This document shows positions 52,308-64,000 of a stretch of DNA of 64,000 nucleotides, piece after piece. Both the position numbers and the translations under genes were made by a program. The stretch is from Perna viridis. Its lineage: Eukaryota. The stretch spans positions 16,244,001 through 16,308,000 of the forward strand of contig CM074514.1 in NCBI GenBank assembly GCA_037379345.1. Reading direction: 5' to 3'. Within the stretch, counting starts at the first letter, position 1; every line of letters begins with the position of its first letter. The notes under the pieces are model-generated. The model was given only the letters and a program-made list of their open reading frames with translations, had not been told where the DNA came from and made no database searches.

Positions 52308-52647
52308 AAGGGTCTGAAAAATTCCCAACGATGTTAGAACTGTCAAATTTGCGAAGCAAATTTTTGTCGTTCCCTCCGCGGGACTCGAACTCGTACCGTT
52401 GTGACATCTATGTACTAAGTTACACCCCTAGATTAATCCTACGAGGAGGAATGATCCGGCCAGCGAAAGCTATATTTTTATATAGCCTAGCTGGCCGAGT
52501 GGTCTAGGGCGCTGGACTTAGTGCAGGCGGTGTTGCCATAGATGTCACAGCGGAACGAGTTCGAGTTCGAGTTTCGCGGAGGGAACGACAAAAATTTGCT
52601 TCGCAAATTTGACAGTTCTAATATCGTTGGGAATTTTTCAGACCCTT
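52308..52647. mobile_element. Fold-back element made of two head-to-head tRNA-derived SINE-like units
   Basis: ~100-bp inverted arms (AAGGGTCTGAAAAATTCCC… and …GGGAATTTTTCAGACCCTT). A box TGGCCGAGTGG (52492-52502). B boxes GAGTTCGAGT on + (52557-52566) and on - (52380-52392). (TA)n follows. Confidence 0.65.
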
Positions 52648-55600
52648 ATATATATATATAAATGGGGAGCTTTTTATCCAAGACCACAATTTACATTTAA
52701 GGCAAGCGACAGAGCAATATTGTGTGGACAGATACTGTTACATAGGATTTACAATATGAACACATCATGCAATCGTGTACACACTTGCGACCGTATCAGT
52801 TTTCTCGAATTGTTAATTTTAGCTTATGACACTTATAAAAAACATTCGAAAATGTCGTGAATGTTGTGTTATCTTATAAATGGAGTATCTGAGGAACTAA
52901 CCAACGACCGTTTACAGTAGAAAGCAATACGAACCATCTCTTGGAGTAGGAAAGTCAGCACTCCTCTAAACATCTTTCTAGTTATTGCATGGCAATCAGT
53001 ACAATCATGAATATCCCATAACAAATGTACTTAATTTCGTGGACTAATGTAATTCCTTAGCTCATTTCTAATTAGTGTTCATACATTGTATATGATATTC
53101 TTATTCTGAATTATCATTCACATCCTAAATTATTATGCAAGTAAACTTTATTCTATGTGTAAGCTTTGAATTAACGATTTACATAGGTGTAACATTAGTT
53201 ACTCCGGAAGGGTAAGCGTGTCCGGCTATCTCAGTGACAAACATCATATTACAAGCATTAGAGATAGAAAATCATACAGTAATGATCATGACGATGGAGT
53301 TATTTGACAATATTCTCGTTATACTAAGAATGTCAGCGTACAAAGCAATGGACGACATGAAAAGAATACTCCAGAGACCCGAGATATTGCCACTTAGGAG
53401 GGGGAAGTTTACAATTGGAAAAGTAAAGGCCATTACGTTTGTCATATAGACAAATGATGACTTTTATTAACAAGCATTTTTTAAATGAATTAATTTATTA
53501 GTACTTAAAAGATAATTATATTTTTCATGTCGGCTCTAACTATGTGAAAATGCACGAGAGACGTAAGTATTTTAGGTATTTGACGAGAGAAAGTATACGT
53601 AGCAGTTTTCCTGTGTAAAGTAATATGTAAAGTTATAAAATAAAAAGATAAGTTCTGGTTTCTGTAAGTACAAAAGCATTACGCTTACTTGATTTAGTGT
53701 TAAGTATTCAAAAAAAGTTCCAATAAAATGTGAATGTTGTGTTGGCAAAACCGCTGCAAAAAGCAGTAAACAGGATCTGGCAAGATGGTACAAACCGCCG
53801 AGATGTAAATTGGTATGCGTTTCTCTGATAACAGCGATAACGGAAGTTTCTCTGTGCATTACTGAGTGAACATGGAGCCCGATCCTCACATACGTAAGGT
53901 TACATGTAAATGAGTCACCTTGATTACAGAGGACGAAAATTTCCGAGTGATACCAATCGTGAAACTGCCGCTCCGGTAACAGACAAAGCCTTATTAAAGC
54001 ACAACTTCCCGTGGTACCACTACAATATGGCTCAACACAGAACTATAGGATCATGACCCCTCTCATCTTGCCAGATTCCGCCCGCCCATCACTACAACAA
54101 TTTCGTTTTATTCAATGAAGTAGCAATGAAATATAAAAAAATGTCATACTAAGTATAATACACACTCAATTCACTTATTAAAAAAAAAACAAACAAACAA
54201 ACAAACAAGCCAAAACAAGATTTGCAGCTTTTCAAAGTTTTAATCGATTCGTTCTTCAAAAATACAAAGGAAAGTTTCACTAGCGACCATTTCAATTGAC
54301 AAAGTGCGTGAAGTGTACAGCCAAATAAAGACAAATATGGCGGATCTAAGGTTACTATAACAGGTCACAAAAATGTAAACAAAACTATTTGGACAAAAAC
54401 TCAAAATAGCATGTGTACAATTGGTAGAGCCTACTGACGCTTCTCCAAAAGTTTCATTTAGTTGAACTATCTGGTTTAGAAGAAGTTAAGAATACAAAAA
54501 TGGGTACCCTTTCAACATATCATCTTAAAAAACAAAGTCCACCCCATTCTAATGGTTACCCAATATTCATTCAGATGGATCATTATAATAGCATGCTCTC
54601 ATTAGCTTCACCTGATGATCCAGGCTGTGCGTTTTAAAGAAATCATTCAGGTTGTTCTATGACAACATAGTCACTTTGAAATATTCTCCAATCTCTATAT
54701 ACATATATTTTAAAATATATTATACAATATATGTCTAAAACAACGAATAATCTCTGTTGCTCATTTCAGTGGAAAATTCTAGAAACCTCATCCTCACGTT
54801 TACCCAAGATATCACCTGCTATTCCACTTTCATTAAAGCTACCACACCATTCCCATCTTGAAACAAGCTATTTCACTTATTTTATCACTTAACCCTTGAT
54901 TTCACTCAAGCTAACTCCCTAATCCTAATTTTAAACCTCATTCTTAAGTGCAATGTCTATACAACTCTTAGTGGAGTTCAATTTCAGACTCGAGCGACAT
55001 TAACTTCCTGTTCGATGACCTTGTTTATGTTTTGAACATTTCACCGCCGCTTTATACTTTATAGAAATTGATCCACTACTTTTTTGTTACATTTTCTCTG
55101 CATCTGCTTATCACTGCCATTTGACATTTTGACAGAAGCTTTATATAGTTGTGCCGTATCTTGAGATTCGAGTTCAGACTGAAGCGACATCAAGATATTG
55201 CCTGACTGCTTTATCAATATTATTCGGGTGAGAAGCGGGGTATCCTTTAATGAGCTTTGCTCACATTTCTTTAGTTTATCATATATTATGATATTATATT
55301 CATTGCCGTGATTAAATTGAAATACATATACAATATGGGTAGGAAATGCGAGGCTCCGCCGAGCTATTTCCCCAGTTCCAAGCCGAAGGAGGACCCAGAA
55401 AGTCCATAACCTGCTAATGTAAGGATACAGCAAAAAAAAAATAACCGTATACCTTTATTCGTTTAACAAATAACCTCATTGCAGGATAAAAAATAGTATT
55501 TTAACACATTTCGACTATATCCCATGACTGTTTGTACCGTTCCCACACAAGAAACAGATGTTGCCAGGTCCTTAATCATCGCAATTTCTAAAGTTTAGCA

Positions 55601-56574
55601 TGAGGCGAGATACACTAGACCCGTTTGAATAATATAACAAAGGAAAGGACAGTGGACAATCAAAGTTGAAGCATTTGTCACTAAGTTTTGTTAAAAGTTT
55701 CCCTCTTTGGTCAATTTCGAGATGAAAGTCAAGTTAAGAAGCAGACTTAAATGTGTGTTTGTAATGCTCTTTATCGGGAGTCACCAAATACATGTACATG
55801 TATATGAATCGTAAGCTAGAATTAAATATTATACGACTATTGCACGTCGGCCTTATAACTGTGTAGGAACAGAACGGCAAGTATATAGCGAGATGCATAC
55901 TTACATGTATACATCTTACTCAGGATGCCTAACTGTACAAATATGTTGTCTATCAAAATGTTCAACATAGTAATGATTTCGTCATATATATGTATATTAG
56001 CTGTATTACTTTGAATTGTTTATCACAGAATAAGACTTACAACATTGTACAGTACTCAACAGGGAAAAGAAGGACAACTCGGCAGCGTCAAAAATAAGGC
56101 TTTTGTTAAACTACCTTTCAACATCCACATAGAGAGTTGTGTATTCTCCGTACATCAAAAAGAAACAATAACAAATAAAAAAATTAATGAAATAAACAAA
56201 ACAAAACAAAACAAAACTAACAAAAACATGCAGTAGTTCTATATGTTACCTGCATTGCTTACGTTACGATTACAATAAAGTTTCTTAATCCTGGAAATAT
56301 TCTGTTGACAGGCGAGGGAGACAACAAAGAACCGCTTAAATTGTTCAAAGACTTGTTATTGATTAGAAATAACATTTCGTTCAAACTTCAAGCATCCCAC
56401 TCACAGGCACTTCGGACCAGGATTTTTTTTTTATTTTCCTCAAAAATATCATTAAATCATTTTGTTTCCATATTTGAGTTATAATGCGTGTGACATGTCC
56501 GCTTGCTATTTATTGCTGTTTATACTATGCCTAGTTTTCTATAGAGAAGTATGTAGATGAAAAACTAGGCATGA

Positions 56575-56822
56575 ATTTTAAATTCTGTGATTGGCGGATT
56601 GATATCAAAGTAGTGACGTTTTGGCGGGAGAAAGTCCGGGAGTGAAATTACCGAATTTATTTTTTGTTATTTGCTAATGTTTTTTTATTTGATATATATA
56701 TATATATAAACTGTTCATATATCTCATGTATTTGAGGAAATAAAGGTATGAATGAACATTAATAATTAACGAGATTTATTTCACTGGGAACATTCGGTAA
56801 ATCACTGCTATTTATGTGATAA
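56575..56822. mobile_element. Fragment of the same DNA element as 28160-28295
   Basis: Shared GTGACGTTTT.GCGG.AGAAAG.CCG.GAGTGAAATTACCGAAT and CACTGGGAACATTCG.TAAA motifs. Confidence 0.6.
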
Positions 56823-57249
56823 TGAGTATTCAATACTTTATTTCTATCGTTCTCTGAACAAGTATTGAGATTTTTAATTGATTACCATTACCACTAATGA
56901 AAATCTTCAAATTCTATGAAATAAATAAGGTACTTTTTTCTCTAGATTGTATTCCGTAGTTATGATATTTATGTTAGAATAAAAATGTATATGTATTTAA
57001 GTTTTTATTTTAGCATTTATGATACATTTTCTTTTGATAATCACTTATTTGAAACCATAGCTGCATGTGTTAAGAGTAATTTGATGTTAATAAACATGTT
57101 TACTATCAATATTGATTTTTTTATTCATATTGCGACCGGGAAATATATTCAATCGTAAATTGTTTATAATAGAAACAATTTTTCATGAATTATTCTATTT
57201 TTTTCACTTGTTTGAGTTCTGTTTTATGTTTTGGTTACAACTCAATATT

Positions 57250-57760
57250 GCGTTTACCTATGATTTTTCAACTCTCTATTCCACTATTTCCCCATGCTCA
57301 GTTAAACTCTCCGACTCAATGGCAATATATATCGTTTGTTACTCGAAAAATATGTAACGTGATTACCAATACGTAATATTTGAAAGAGATTCTCTACTTA
57401 GCTTTTACTTTGTAAAACAAAATATTCTAAATTATCTTCTAAATATGCCCCAAAAAAATATGTTGTAAAACGCTGGATTTTTTATTGGTAACATATTTGT
57501 CCAGTGGAGTGGACGTGTTTGTCAACAAACGATGACATTCCCATGGGAACAAATTTTGTACCGCTACTCGCTTTCTATTCTTTCACTATTATGAGACCGG
57601 CTTCACAAATGGTAGTCACCATGAATTCTTTCGGGCATGACATTTTATGAGCAACTCGGCGAGCGTTTTTAGAAAAGCTATGGACGCTTATCTATGCACC
57701 TGGTGAGTGTTCCCAGTTTTTGGTATAGTGCAGGCTACTTTTATTTTTAGACACGTTTCA
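57250..57760 (+). mobile_element. Decayed Penelope-like RT fragment and 3' segment
   Basis: Peptides YDFSTLYSTI, FIGNIFVQWSGRVCQQ and IPMGTNFVPLL. ATGAGCAACTCGGCG…TAGAAAAGC matches the reverse complement of 19200-19264. Confidence 0.75.
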
Positions 57761-58160
57761 TGTTTTTATCATTGAGTGTTGACTATTTTCTTCAGTCGTT
57801 ACCATTGATTCATGTTCTTGAGTATTACCGTTCAAAACCTGACGTCGAATTCACAAAAAGTCGTAAATGTGAAATTGATCGTAATTTATGACGCCACAAT
57901 GATATTTTTAGATTGTGACATCATTATTACCATCAACTTTACACTGGCAACTTTTTGTCAATTCGACGCCTGGATCCCTTGGTTTCTCTAACACACCAAT
58001 TCTAAAACTGAAGGTAAGGTTAGCAAATATTAAACAATTAGGATCCCAATCAGAGTGAGAGTGGTTCACAGGCACTTGTTGGACAATCAGAGCTACACAA
58101 TTTTAAAATGTTGGACAATCGGGAATAAACCGAAAATATGATAAATTAAGAAGAAAATCT

Positions 58161-58346
58161 ATATAATAAATATTATAATTAATTGGTTATCATGAATAAA
58201 AAAAAATATGATCACTCGTGCCAATAACGCTAGAGGATTTAACTTGTGCATGGAACAAGTCTGCACACATGTGATCTAGGTGTTCTTCGGCACTCGTGAT
58301 AATATTTTGGTTATTCACTCTTTCCAATTAATTATCCTATTATTAT
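58161..58346. mobile_element. Second copy (inverted) of the palindromic element at 27938-28120
   Basis: …GTTCTTCGGCACTCGTGATAATAT…TTTCCAATTAATTATCCTATTATT is the reverse complement of 27938-28000. Confidence 0.7.
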
Positions 58347-60349
58347 CTGATATCAATTGCAATATATATGAGAAAAAAAAAGTCAGAAATACGATTAAAA
58401 ATAAAAACAAAATACTTCTAGGTATAATGGCCTCGTATTAATGGAATTGTCTGATAAAACTCTGTATTTGTAATAACGGAAACATCGGTTTTACAAAATA
58501 AATTCCAATATTTTGGTTGAAGATGTTAGCAATATTCATGTAACTGTACTGTTCCTAAGAGAAAGTAGTCATCGTCTTTTAGTTAAAAAAAAGTTTATGA
58601 TTATAACTTAAATTTTGATTAAGGTCGTTTTGAAATCCATGAACAAAGCGACTACATTTCATGTGACAGTTTGCTCTAAACGAATACTCGTTTTGTTCTG
58701 AAAATTATATGACTAACTTATTTGTCAGTTAATTTCATTTCAACACTATATACCTAAAGAAATAAATAGAATTAGTTTTATTATATTTCAGAATATTGTT
58801 GCCTGTGCCTGAAGTATCGAAAAATGACATACAGAAAATCATTTTCATCTAAATGATTTTAAATTATGAGCTGTTTCTGAGCTTTAATTTCAAAATCAGC
58901 AATTACTAGTCAAAGTGAGAAAAAAGATCATCATTGAATCAATTTACTTTGTAAATGGCAGTAGTAGAAATGCTTGTTGCAATGTTTGCATGCCATGCAG
59001 CCCAATACTGAAACGAGGATACAAATATTATAGCAAATGTTGTCGTTCATAAACCTACTAACGTATAGAACAATAGACTGTTATAACAACCTTTTTATCT
59101 CAGATTAAAAGTTTGAGTTATTGAAATGATTTACTTTTTGAACAAAATCGTTGTATTTCTGAAATAGTTTCTTTATTTATATCGATTGGACTATTAATAG
59201 ATATATTTTCAAACATCGATACGTTTTGATTTAGAAAGGTAAAAAACACACAATAAAAAATAATGTGAATATATTCTCAATGCCTTCTTTCACACGTTTG
59301 AAAATTTCTTGTCCGAGTAATTGAAGAGCTCAAAACACATCTAAGTAATCGGGTTTTGTGGTTGATCTTAAAGATATACAAATGGTATTATAGTATTTGC
59401 CTGTATTTCTGAAAATACCTATTTAAAGTTCAGCTTCAAATGCACATAGAAAATAATTTCAAAGTGAGATATTGTACGTTATGCATGAAGTGTCAGTCCG
59501 TGTAAGAATCATGTAGTGGATGAAACACGGTATAAAAAAAAAAACATCATAGTGTAACATGACTATTTCACCATCAGAATCAAGGAAAAGGATGATATTT
59601 TCCATATCAAATTGGCTAATTGAATTATAATTTCATTGAAATGCACTGAAATTGAACATTTCGAGGGCAGATAACTCTGTCAAAAAAATCACATTTTTCT
59701 AACATTCTATTGAAAATTTTTTGAGTAAAGCCGGTGACGCTGAGATGTTATAATGGTCTATTTAAAAAAAGAAAGTATCCTTGAGTGGTATTACATTGTC
59801 AGATCGATGGGGTTTTGACATGCATGTTTCTGATTTTTCCCATTTTGCCTGATTCTTACAAACACTTACACTTAATGAGTATAATATCTTATATTGTAAA
59901 GTGTGTTTCATGTAAATAAGTAACAGTATACTTAAATGCTTATATCATAAACGCGTATAAACAAAAAATCAGCATGAGAGAGAGATTAAAGATGCTGCAA
60001 ACCTTATAATTATGTCGTTTGTAATAATACAATGCATTCAATTCAATGGGCCTAATATTCCAACAGTAAAGCTGCAGCTGCATCCAATGGCAGATTATTA
60101 TACACATGAAAATGACAAATTGCCTATTAAAAGGAGGAGTGCCAAACCCCCGCATCCCCTGGATCCGCCATTTGAAAAGCAGGCTTTAAATTTGCACAAA
60201 TACATGTAATTAAATTCCCCACCAAAGACTGTCGTGATAGAACGTCGCAGGTATTTAAAAAAAAGGAAAAAATGTGACGTTATATTGCAACATTTCTTCT
60301 GATTTTCTCACGGTTATAAGTTGGTATCAAGAGAACCTGAATGGTTGTA

Positions 60350-60755
60350 GACGGACTCCACTAACAACTGGGAGCATAGATCAGGTGCACCGGTAGGGTA
60401 AGCGTCCTCTGCTTCTAGAAACACCCACCGAGTTGCTCTTAAAGAGTCAAGTCTGGGGTAGACGAAAGAGGAAAGGAAAACCATGACACGTTGAACAAAT
60501 CAGTTTTCATGGTGCAGATGGATACACCGTAACAACCCAAAAGTTCATGACCATAAAACCTTTGTGGTGATGACTTCAATCTTGTATCAATATATCCCTG
60601 TTCCAGAAGCCTAATTGTAAGAAGTCGAGCGCGATACAAAAAGTCTGCGTAGTAACGGTAAGGTCTGGCATTAGATGTGATATGAAAACTCCATATGCAG
60701 GTACTGAAGGGATGTTGCCACAGATGAAAGGAAAGCTGACAATTCTGTAATAAAT
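60350..60755 (-). mobile_element. Penelope-like element 3' fragment
   Basis: Peptide RARLLTIRLLEQGYIDTRLKSS.QRFYG.HELL..YGVSICTMKTDLFNVS. Homologous to 19170-19770. Confidence 0.8.
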
Positions 60756-60869
60756 CTATTAGAACCAGACGAACAAATAAAACTAGACCCAGGCATAGAG
60801 CTTAACATCAGAACAGGAATGAAATATAGATTGCTATTAAATCCATTTAAAATGGAAAATGAGCCTGAA

Positions 60870-61885
60870 TAAATGAATACCATCAGAAGCATAGAAAGCA
60901 GGCAGAAATGAAATTATCGAATACTTGTATGATTTGCTGATCAAGATATGGAACCAAGAATGAATATCATTAGAATGGGTAAAACATACTAGTCAAATTA
61001 GCAAAGAAAGATGATCTCAGTAACTGTGAAAACTGGAGAGGTATCACGCTTCTTACAAGAACAAGGGACAGTACTCAATATATATTTAAATTGTATAGAT
61101 TTTGAGAATGCTTTTGATAGTGTAAACAGAAATGGAATATAGAAGTTGCTACGACATTATAGTCTGCCCATTAAAATAGTCAATATGATAAAAGCATTGT
61201 ATGAAGATTTTAACGTATAAGTAATACATGATTCTAACCTAACTGAACCATTTCAAGTAAAACTGGTGTTAAGCATGGATGTCTCCTTTCACCTACCTTG
61301 TTTTTGATATTCATTGACTGGGTTACAAGACAGGTCTTCAGTTTAGAAAAGAGTACAATTGATACAACGGCAATGGTGAACAACCTTGAGGATCTATTCT
61401 TTGCTGATGGAAAATACAAAAATCAGAACATTCAATACAAATGTAAAATCTGTTCTACTCTATGGATCAGAAACCTGTGACTTACCAAAGGACTCCAGAT
61501 GTTGTCTACAGATGTCTTCGTTATATATATAGGATATGGTGGCCTCAAACCATTGGTAACAAGAACCTCTATATTTGAACAAAGCAAGACCTAGTGAATG
61601 AACAAATTAAAAAAAAAGATCTTGGCAGTGGATTGGACATACTTTAAGAAAACCTTTGAACAACATAACAAAACATGCTTTTGACTGGAATCCACAGGGA
61701 TGCAGGAGACAAGGGAGACCTACAAACAGCTGGAAAAGAAGAAGATTGAACGAACTAGATAATATTGAAACCATTTGAATAGAATCCAAACAAATTGCTC
61801 GAAACAGAGTTAGATGGCGGACGACTGTTTCAGTCATATGTTTCGTTAGGGACGAAGATGACTAAGTAAAGTAAGTAAGTAAGTC
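60870..61885 (+). mobile_element. Decayed, internally deleted RTE-clade LINE
   Basis: Peptides DLSNCENWRGITLL, IDFENAFDSVNR, KTGVKHGCLLSPTLF, LEDLFFAD, WQWIGHTLRK..WNPQG.RRQGRP..W and ARNRVRWR. Ends in a (GTAA)n tail at about 61863-61884. Confidence 0.85.
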
Positions 61886-62397
61886 ACTTACATTAAAAAA
61901 AAAGAGAAATACCTTCGTTGCATATGAAAAAAATGATTTTAATTTTTACTCTGGTTTGGAAAACATAATATAGTATTTATTTGATCAATACAATCGAATT
62001 TCAAAATCATTAAATGCACAATTTATATTAATGTTTTCAACTTTATCGACTGAAAGCTATAAAAAAACGAGCGCACTTTGCGCTTAGAAAATATTTTTTT
62101 CCAAGGATTGATTTTTATGGGGTCTTATTGCATGCGATGTGGCAGTAGATATCGAGACAGTTCGACCTCGAGTCCATTTGTCGTAACAACTAAAACTTCT
62201 TTGCAAATGTTACAGTTAAAATGTCTTCATGACATTTTGAGACTTTCATAAGGATACAAATCTTCCCTACATTATCAGGGTCATATCAAGTTGGCAGTGA
62301 ATGACCACAGGTTAATTGCAAATGTAAAAATGTAGCTATTAATCATGTACAAATTAGCAGTCACTTAATTTCAAATTAACGGTTACCGCTCAGTAAT

Positions 62398-62414
62398 TAA
62401 TAATAATAATAATA

Positions 62415-62460
<46 letters not shown>
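62398..62460. repeat. (TAA)n microsatellite
   Basis: Seen directly. Confidence 0.95.
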
Positions 62461-62463
<3 letters not shown>

Positions 62464-63129
62464 CGTAATAAGTCATAAATTTGATATTATATACCATGCA
62501 CCGCTGAACTTACAATCACAAATTATTCTTATTAAATTAATAAAATCGAATGACCACATTTAATTAAATGCAAATTGTGATAGGCAGTTAATTACCACAA
62601 ATTACCTACAAACACACAATATTAGTTCCCTTTACAATCAATTTAATGCAAATGATAATTGGTTGCTATTCAGATATGCATAAGTCAGTTTTATAATATA
62701 TACGAAGCGCAACACAAGGGTAGGCATCATCCTCTAAATAGATCTTTGGAAGTATGCCAAACCAATTGAACACGTGAATAAAACTGTTCGCGTGTTGTCT
62801 CAACCGCTACACAGTGGATGGGTCTAACGACCCGCGAACAATTATCAATGCACAATTCCGATGTGAAAACAATCCGTTTACCAACACAAAATGTTTAGTA
62901 CCATCTTGAAATACGTTCTTTAACACTGCCATCCCTAACTATTTCAGTTGCATACCATTAGAGCATTAAAACATTTCAATTTCATATACATTTTAGTACA
63001 TGTATCTTATATATTGTCAGCCAAGATCACAAAGGAATTATTTATTTATTATCTAAATGCAGTCATAGCTTTGGTATAGAAATATTTTTATCTGCTTCTT
63101 GCTCTAACGCCAACCACACCTCAGGATTT

Positions 63130-63990
63130 AAATAACATAATTTTATTATCTGCCACATAAAACGCAGATACATATGGCGTCCAAAGAAATCAGAGCAGTA
63201 AGTACTTGCTCTAGTGTAGCGAATCAATGGTGAAATATAAAAAAACAAAATGCTGGAGGTGAAGGCCAATTTAGGATTTTAAAATTAAAACAATTATGAT
63301 AAATGTTAGTTCTGACATGACCACTGTTGTAAAATTCGAGATGTAGGTTTCTGTAGTCTCCTTTATTTCGAGCTATAGAGGATATATTGGAGGTAACCAT
63401 TTGCCAAATGAATGGTTGTTAATGAGTAACACATCAGCAGTATATATGTAGTATAGATGCAGTATATATGTATGTGAAATTAAAGGATTTAGCATCTTTT
63501 ACATTTTTATTTTTTACGAGATTCTAAGGAAATTCTCGTATGAATATAAAAAAGTCGCCAAAGAGAGGAACACAGTAAGTGCCAATTGAAATGCCAACTT
63601 CTTGCTAAAAAGAGCCCCAAATATAACAAATATGTTATAGATGAAGAAATCAAGTATGCTGCAAACCTGATCTTCTGTGTAGAACACTTAACTCTTCTAC
63701 GATGTTTTAGTAAAATATGTTGATTTGTAAGCAAGAACAACATAACTTTTCGAATCAATAAACGATTTACGAATAAGTCCTTTTGAACGAGATTTCAATT
63801 TATCATGTGGCAACGCAGTGTAATGAGTTTAGAAGTCAAAAGTCTGAAGAGAACTAGTTTCCGAAATGCTACGGGATTTTCGGTTTTGATAATTTTTAAG
63901 TATGTAGTTAATTCTACTTCGACAGTAGGTGGTATTGCAACCAACTTTCTGTTCGCCCATCACTGCGCACAATATTTTTGTAAGATGAAT
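63130..63990 (-). mobile_element. Decayed Penelope-like RT fragment
   Basis: Broken-frame peptides QTFDF.THYT..PHDKLKSR, IGTYCVPLFGD and YISPLIRYTRASTYCSDFF.RH. Confidence 0.7.
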
Positions 63991-64000
63991 TGACATCTAC

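Noticed and set aside
52484-52580. Functional tRNA gene
   Set aside because: A and B boxes are present, but there is no acceptor-stem pairing, the B box is duplicated, and it sits inside an inverted-repeat element.
60870-61885. Active reverse transcriptase gene or novel RT system
   Set aside because: Many stops, frameshifts and deletions. It is an ordinary decayed RTE LINE.

Overview
This is AT-rich animal (eukaryotic) genomic DNA. The repeat families and the strong TACATGTA enrichment suggest a bivalve mollusc, probably oyster-like (inference). Two spliced genes point towards each other. (1) A + strand 4-coding-exon gene (1352-5775, about 458 aa) encodes an unrecognised secreted protein with a long N/S/Q-rich body and a C-terminal Cys-rich, half-VWC-like module. 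(2) A - strand netrin-1/UNC-6 orthologue (CDS 49013->22581) has laminin-N, LE1-3 and C345C/NTR domains, and all its GT-AG junctions can be traced in phase 1. The main finding is that the netrin LE2 (V-2) exon is present as two intact, long-diverged 189-nt copies (34506-34694 and 34268-34456) separated by only 49 nt. This is the classic layout of sterically enforced mutually exclusive exons, and it falls on the domain known to carry the UNC5-binding surface. RBFOX-type TGCATG motifs lie just downstream. The rest of the window is intron and intergenic DNA with decayed Penelope-like and RTE retroelements, MITEs, a TSD-flanked retroposon with a highly structured 5' head, a perfect 95-bp-arm fold-back, a head-to-head tRNA-derived element and several minisatellites. 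No prokaryotic systems, CRISPR arrays, rRNA or bona fide tRNA genes were found.
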